A stretch of 29,112 nt of DNA, from the NCBI GenBank assembly GCA_036338695.1, contig JAYZBQ010000087.1, forward strand, positions 1 through 29,112, given 5' to 3'. This stretch comes from Myxococcota bacterium (GTDB lineage Bacteria > Myxococcota > UBA4151). Shown here piece by piece: positions 26,980 to 29,112 of the stretch. Position 1 is the first letter of the stretch, and every line of letters begins with the position of its first letter. The notes beneath the pieces were generated by a model. It did not search any database and was not told the DNA's origin. It saw nothing but the letters and a program-made list of their open reading frames with translations. The position numbers and the translations under genes were made by a program.

Positions 26980-29112
26980 CTAGCGTCCAGCCTTTTGGAA
27001 CATGAAGGGGTATGTGACCGAGACGATACCGCCGCCACGAGGCTGCGGGAAGCGCATCATCTTGATGATTCGGATAATGCACTTCTCAGTCGGCGCGTAG
27101 CCCATGGTCGTTTGATAGACCTTCGCCATCTGCACCCGACCCGTTCCTGCGATGATGAAGCGCGACGTGACTTTACCGCGGAGGTTCGGTTTCTTCGTCA
27201 GCTCTTTCTCATAGCAGTACTTGATCTGGTTCAGGTGACGGCGGATCACACGAGCGATCTCTTCCTTCGACAGCGAACCTTTGATGACCGTCCGGCCGGG
27301 GATGATGCGCGTGGTCCCTTTACCACGGCCGCCCAGGTCGATGCTGCCTGCGCCGCCGGTCCCTCGACCCGTGCCGCTGCCCAGGCCACCGATACCCAGG
27401 GCGTTTCCACCGCCGCCAGCGCCCGTTCCACGGTACCCAAGCCCACCGGCTCCGCCGGCGTCACCGAACTCAGAGCCCTTAAGGCCGCCGAGCGCGTTGT
27501 TAATCCCGGTACCCAAGCCACCTGGACCGAAGACGTTCGAGACCGCCGTCGCTGAGCCCGTCAGACCCAAGAGACCTGCTTTGAAGGCGATCTTACGGTC
27601 ACGCTCACGCTTGTTCGGGTCAACGGTCGGCGCACCCTTCTTCGACGCCAGCGCGTCTTTCTTGGGCTTGTCCTTCTTACCGAACTTACCCTCTTTGTCC
27701 TTGTGCTTACCGCCATCTTTGGCGCCCGAGAGGTCGAGTTTTTCCTTCTTCTTCTCTTTCTTCTCAGGCTCTTTGAGGATCAGCTTCACGAACCGGTTCG
27801 GGTTCTTGAAGAGGTCCTCAGACAGCCGCGACGGATCCGCCGGCGTCAGCATCAGGATGATGATGAACGCAATGTGCAGCAGCAAAGAGACCGTCGCGAT
27901 GTTCGCAAACAACCAATCCAGGCGGTCCGCCAGCGGAACAACTGGGAGCTTATGCTCTTTGACGTAACGGAAGACCAAGGTGATGGCGCCCACCTTCATC
28001 GCTGCCGTCTCGTTGTCATTGAGGCGGAACTTGTTTCCGCTCAACCGACCAGCGGAGCGCAGCTCCTCGATGTTCTTCACCTCACCGTTGAGGTTCGCCT
28101 CGAAGTTCGCGCCGTTCGGCACGTTGATCTCGTGCTGGTTCCCGTCGCAGTCTGCGAGGTGATAATGCGCGGTCTCATCGCCGAAGACGGAGTGCGACAC
28201 CGAGATATCCGCCGATGGGCTGGCGCCGATCTCCACCTTCGACTGATCCATCTTGAAAGCGAAGGTGTCGAAGAGGTCATGCCCCCAGAACAGCTGGACC
28301 TGCAGCTGCTTGGACTGCCCCTGTGGCTTATCTGCATCCGCCAGCTCCGACTTCATCACCGCCGGATTAATCGACGGATTCGGCGTGAAGTCAGGGTGCA
28401 CATCCGCCAACATCTCAGCGGTCGGGACCTCTTCTTGGAACTCGCCCGGAGGTGTATCGAGGTTGTTCGAGATGTAGCGCACCGTGTACGCAGCGCCGCC
28501 ATGGCGGAACGCCACGACCTCGCCGCTGCGGAGCGTCAAACCGTTGCCAGAGCGTCGATCACCTAAGGCATCACCGCTCAGGATCGCGTTGCCGTCCCAC
28601 ACTGCGGCGCGGCCCATGTCCACGCCCGACAGGTCGATCTGCCCACCCGAGGTGACTCGAGCCAGATCTTTACCCAGCACCTCGCGGGTACCCAAGTTGA
28701 CACCGAGCGCCAGGAGGCACAGGACCAGCGCCAAGCCAATCCACGCATAACCACCGCTGCGCTCGATCTTGTACTGACCCGTGGCGCTCAGATCGTTCGC
28801 TGCGCCCTGAGCTTCAATGATCGCCGTAAGGTCTTTCGCTGCGCCGTCGATGAACGGGATCAGCGTCGAGGCGATGTGGTTGTAAGCACCCTCGATGCGG
28901 CCGTTGTCCGACTGACTCTGGCTGACGCGATCACGCAGACGCATCACCTCTTGGCTCACGGCGTTACGCGAGCGCTCTTCAGCCAGACGCTTCTCCTTCA
29001 TCGACCAAGCCAACACGACTCGATCAAACAGCGGCCCCGCGTCTTTACCGATCTTCTTGATATCGGCGATCGCGTTGCCGTCCTTGTAGAGAACGGAGGC
29101 GTCCTTCTTGTC
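26980..29112 (-). CDS. gltG: GltG/PglI-like TonB/TolA-type gliding transducer; 5' end lies outside the window
   Basis: Frame open for 711 codons to the window edge (DKKDASVLYK...). TM helix with SLLLH, Lys-rich and Gly-rich linkers, C-terminal GSLSKEEIARVIRRHLNQIKYCYEKEL...FPQPRGGGIVSVTYPFMF domain. Confidence 0.82.
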   Translation of the reverse strand, partial: DKKDASVLYKDGNAIADIKKIGKDAGPLFDRVVLAWSMKEKRLAEERSRNAVSQEVMRLRDRVSQSQSDNGRIEGAYNHIASTLIPFIDGAAKDLTAIIEAQGAANDLSATGQYKIERSGGYAWIGLALVLCLLALGVNLGTREVLGKDLARVTSGGQIDLSGVDMGRAAVWDGNAILSGDALGDRRSGNGLTLRSGEVVAFRHGGAAYTVRYISNNLDTPPGEFQEEVPTAEMLADVHPDFTPNPSINPAVMKSELADADKPQGQSKQLQVQLFWGHDLFDTFAFKMDQSKVEIGASPSADISVSHSVFGDETAHYHLADCDGNQHEINVPNGANFEANLNGEVKNIEELRSAGRLSGNKFRLNDNETAAMKVGAITLVFRYVKEHKLPVVPLADRLDWLFANIATVSLLLHIAFIIILMLTPADPSRLSEDLFKNPNRFVKLILKEPEKKEKKKEKLDLSGAKDGGKHKDKEGKFGKKDKPKKDALASKKGAPTVDPNKRERDRKIAFKAGLLGLTGSATAVSNVFGPGGLGTGINNALGGLKGSEFGDAGGAGGLGYRGTGAGGGGNALGIGGLGSGTGRGTGGAGSIDLGGRGKGTTRIIPGRTVIKGSLSKEEIARVIRRHLNQIKYCYEKELTKKPNLRGKVTSRFIIAGTGRVQMAKVYQTTMGYAPTEKCIIRIIKMMRFPQPRGGGIVSVTYPFMFQKAGR

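Noticed and set aside
26980..29016. ORF-track start at 29016 for the GltG-like gene
   Set aside because: The frame continues without a stop to the window edge, so the gene is probably 5'-truncated here.

Overview
GC-rich, gene-dense bacterial window, most likely Myxococcota. The inference rests on GltG/CglE/CglC-like gliding proteins and myxobacterial CGDG...CDDGN...C...C disulfide repeats. Housekeeping genes: purS-purQ-purL plus an M50 protease, dusB-xdhC-mocA, ispH, a Slt-type lytic transglycosylase and a stand-alone biotin carboxylase. These are interleaved with many envelope genes. The most striking content is three large lipoproteins built as lipid anchor + acidic Cys-rich repeat stalk (26, 25 and 12 units) + a different C-terminal tip (glycine-rich, fibrinogen-like, RCC1 propeller). 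The first (1..2901, minus) runs off the window and is missing from the ORF track. The two tandem paralogs share an invariant 19-aa N-terminal peptide and homogenised tip-proximal repeats, suggesting a modular surface-display system with exchangeable tips. Also notable: a GltG-like protein with an extra membrane helix, a poly-Arg/poly-Lys partner gene, and a Bacillus-type IspH. I found no rRNA, tRNA, CRISPR array or mobile element. Family assignments are from motif recognition and recall, not database searches.
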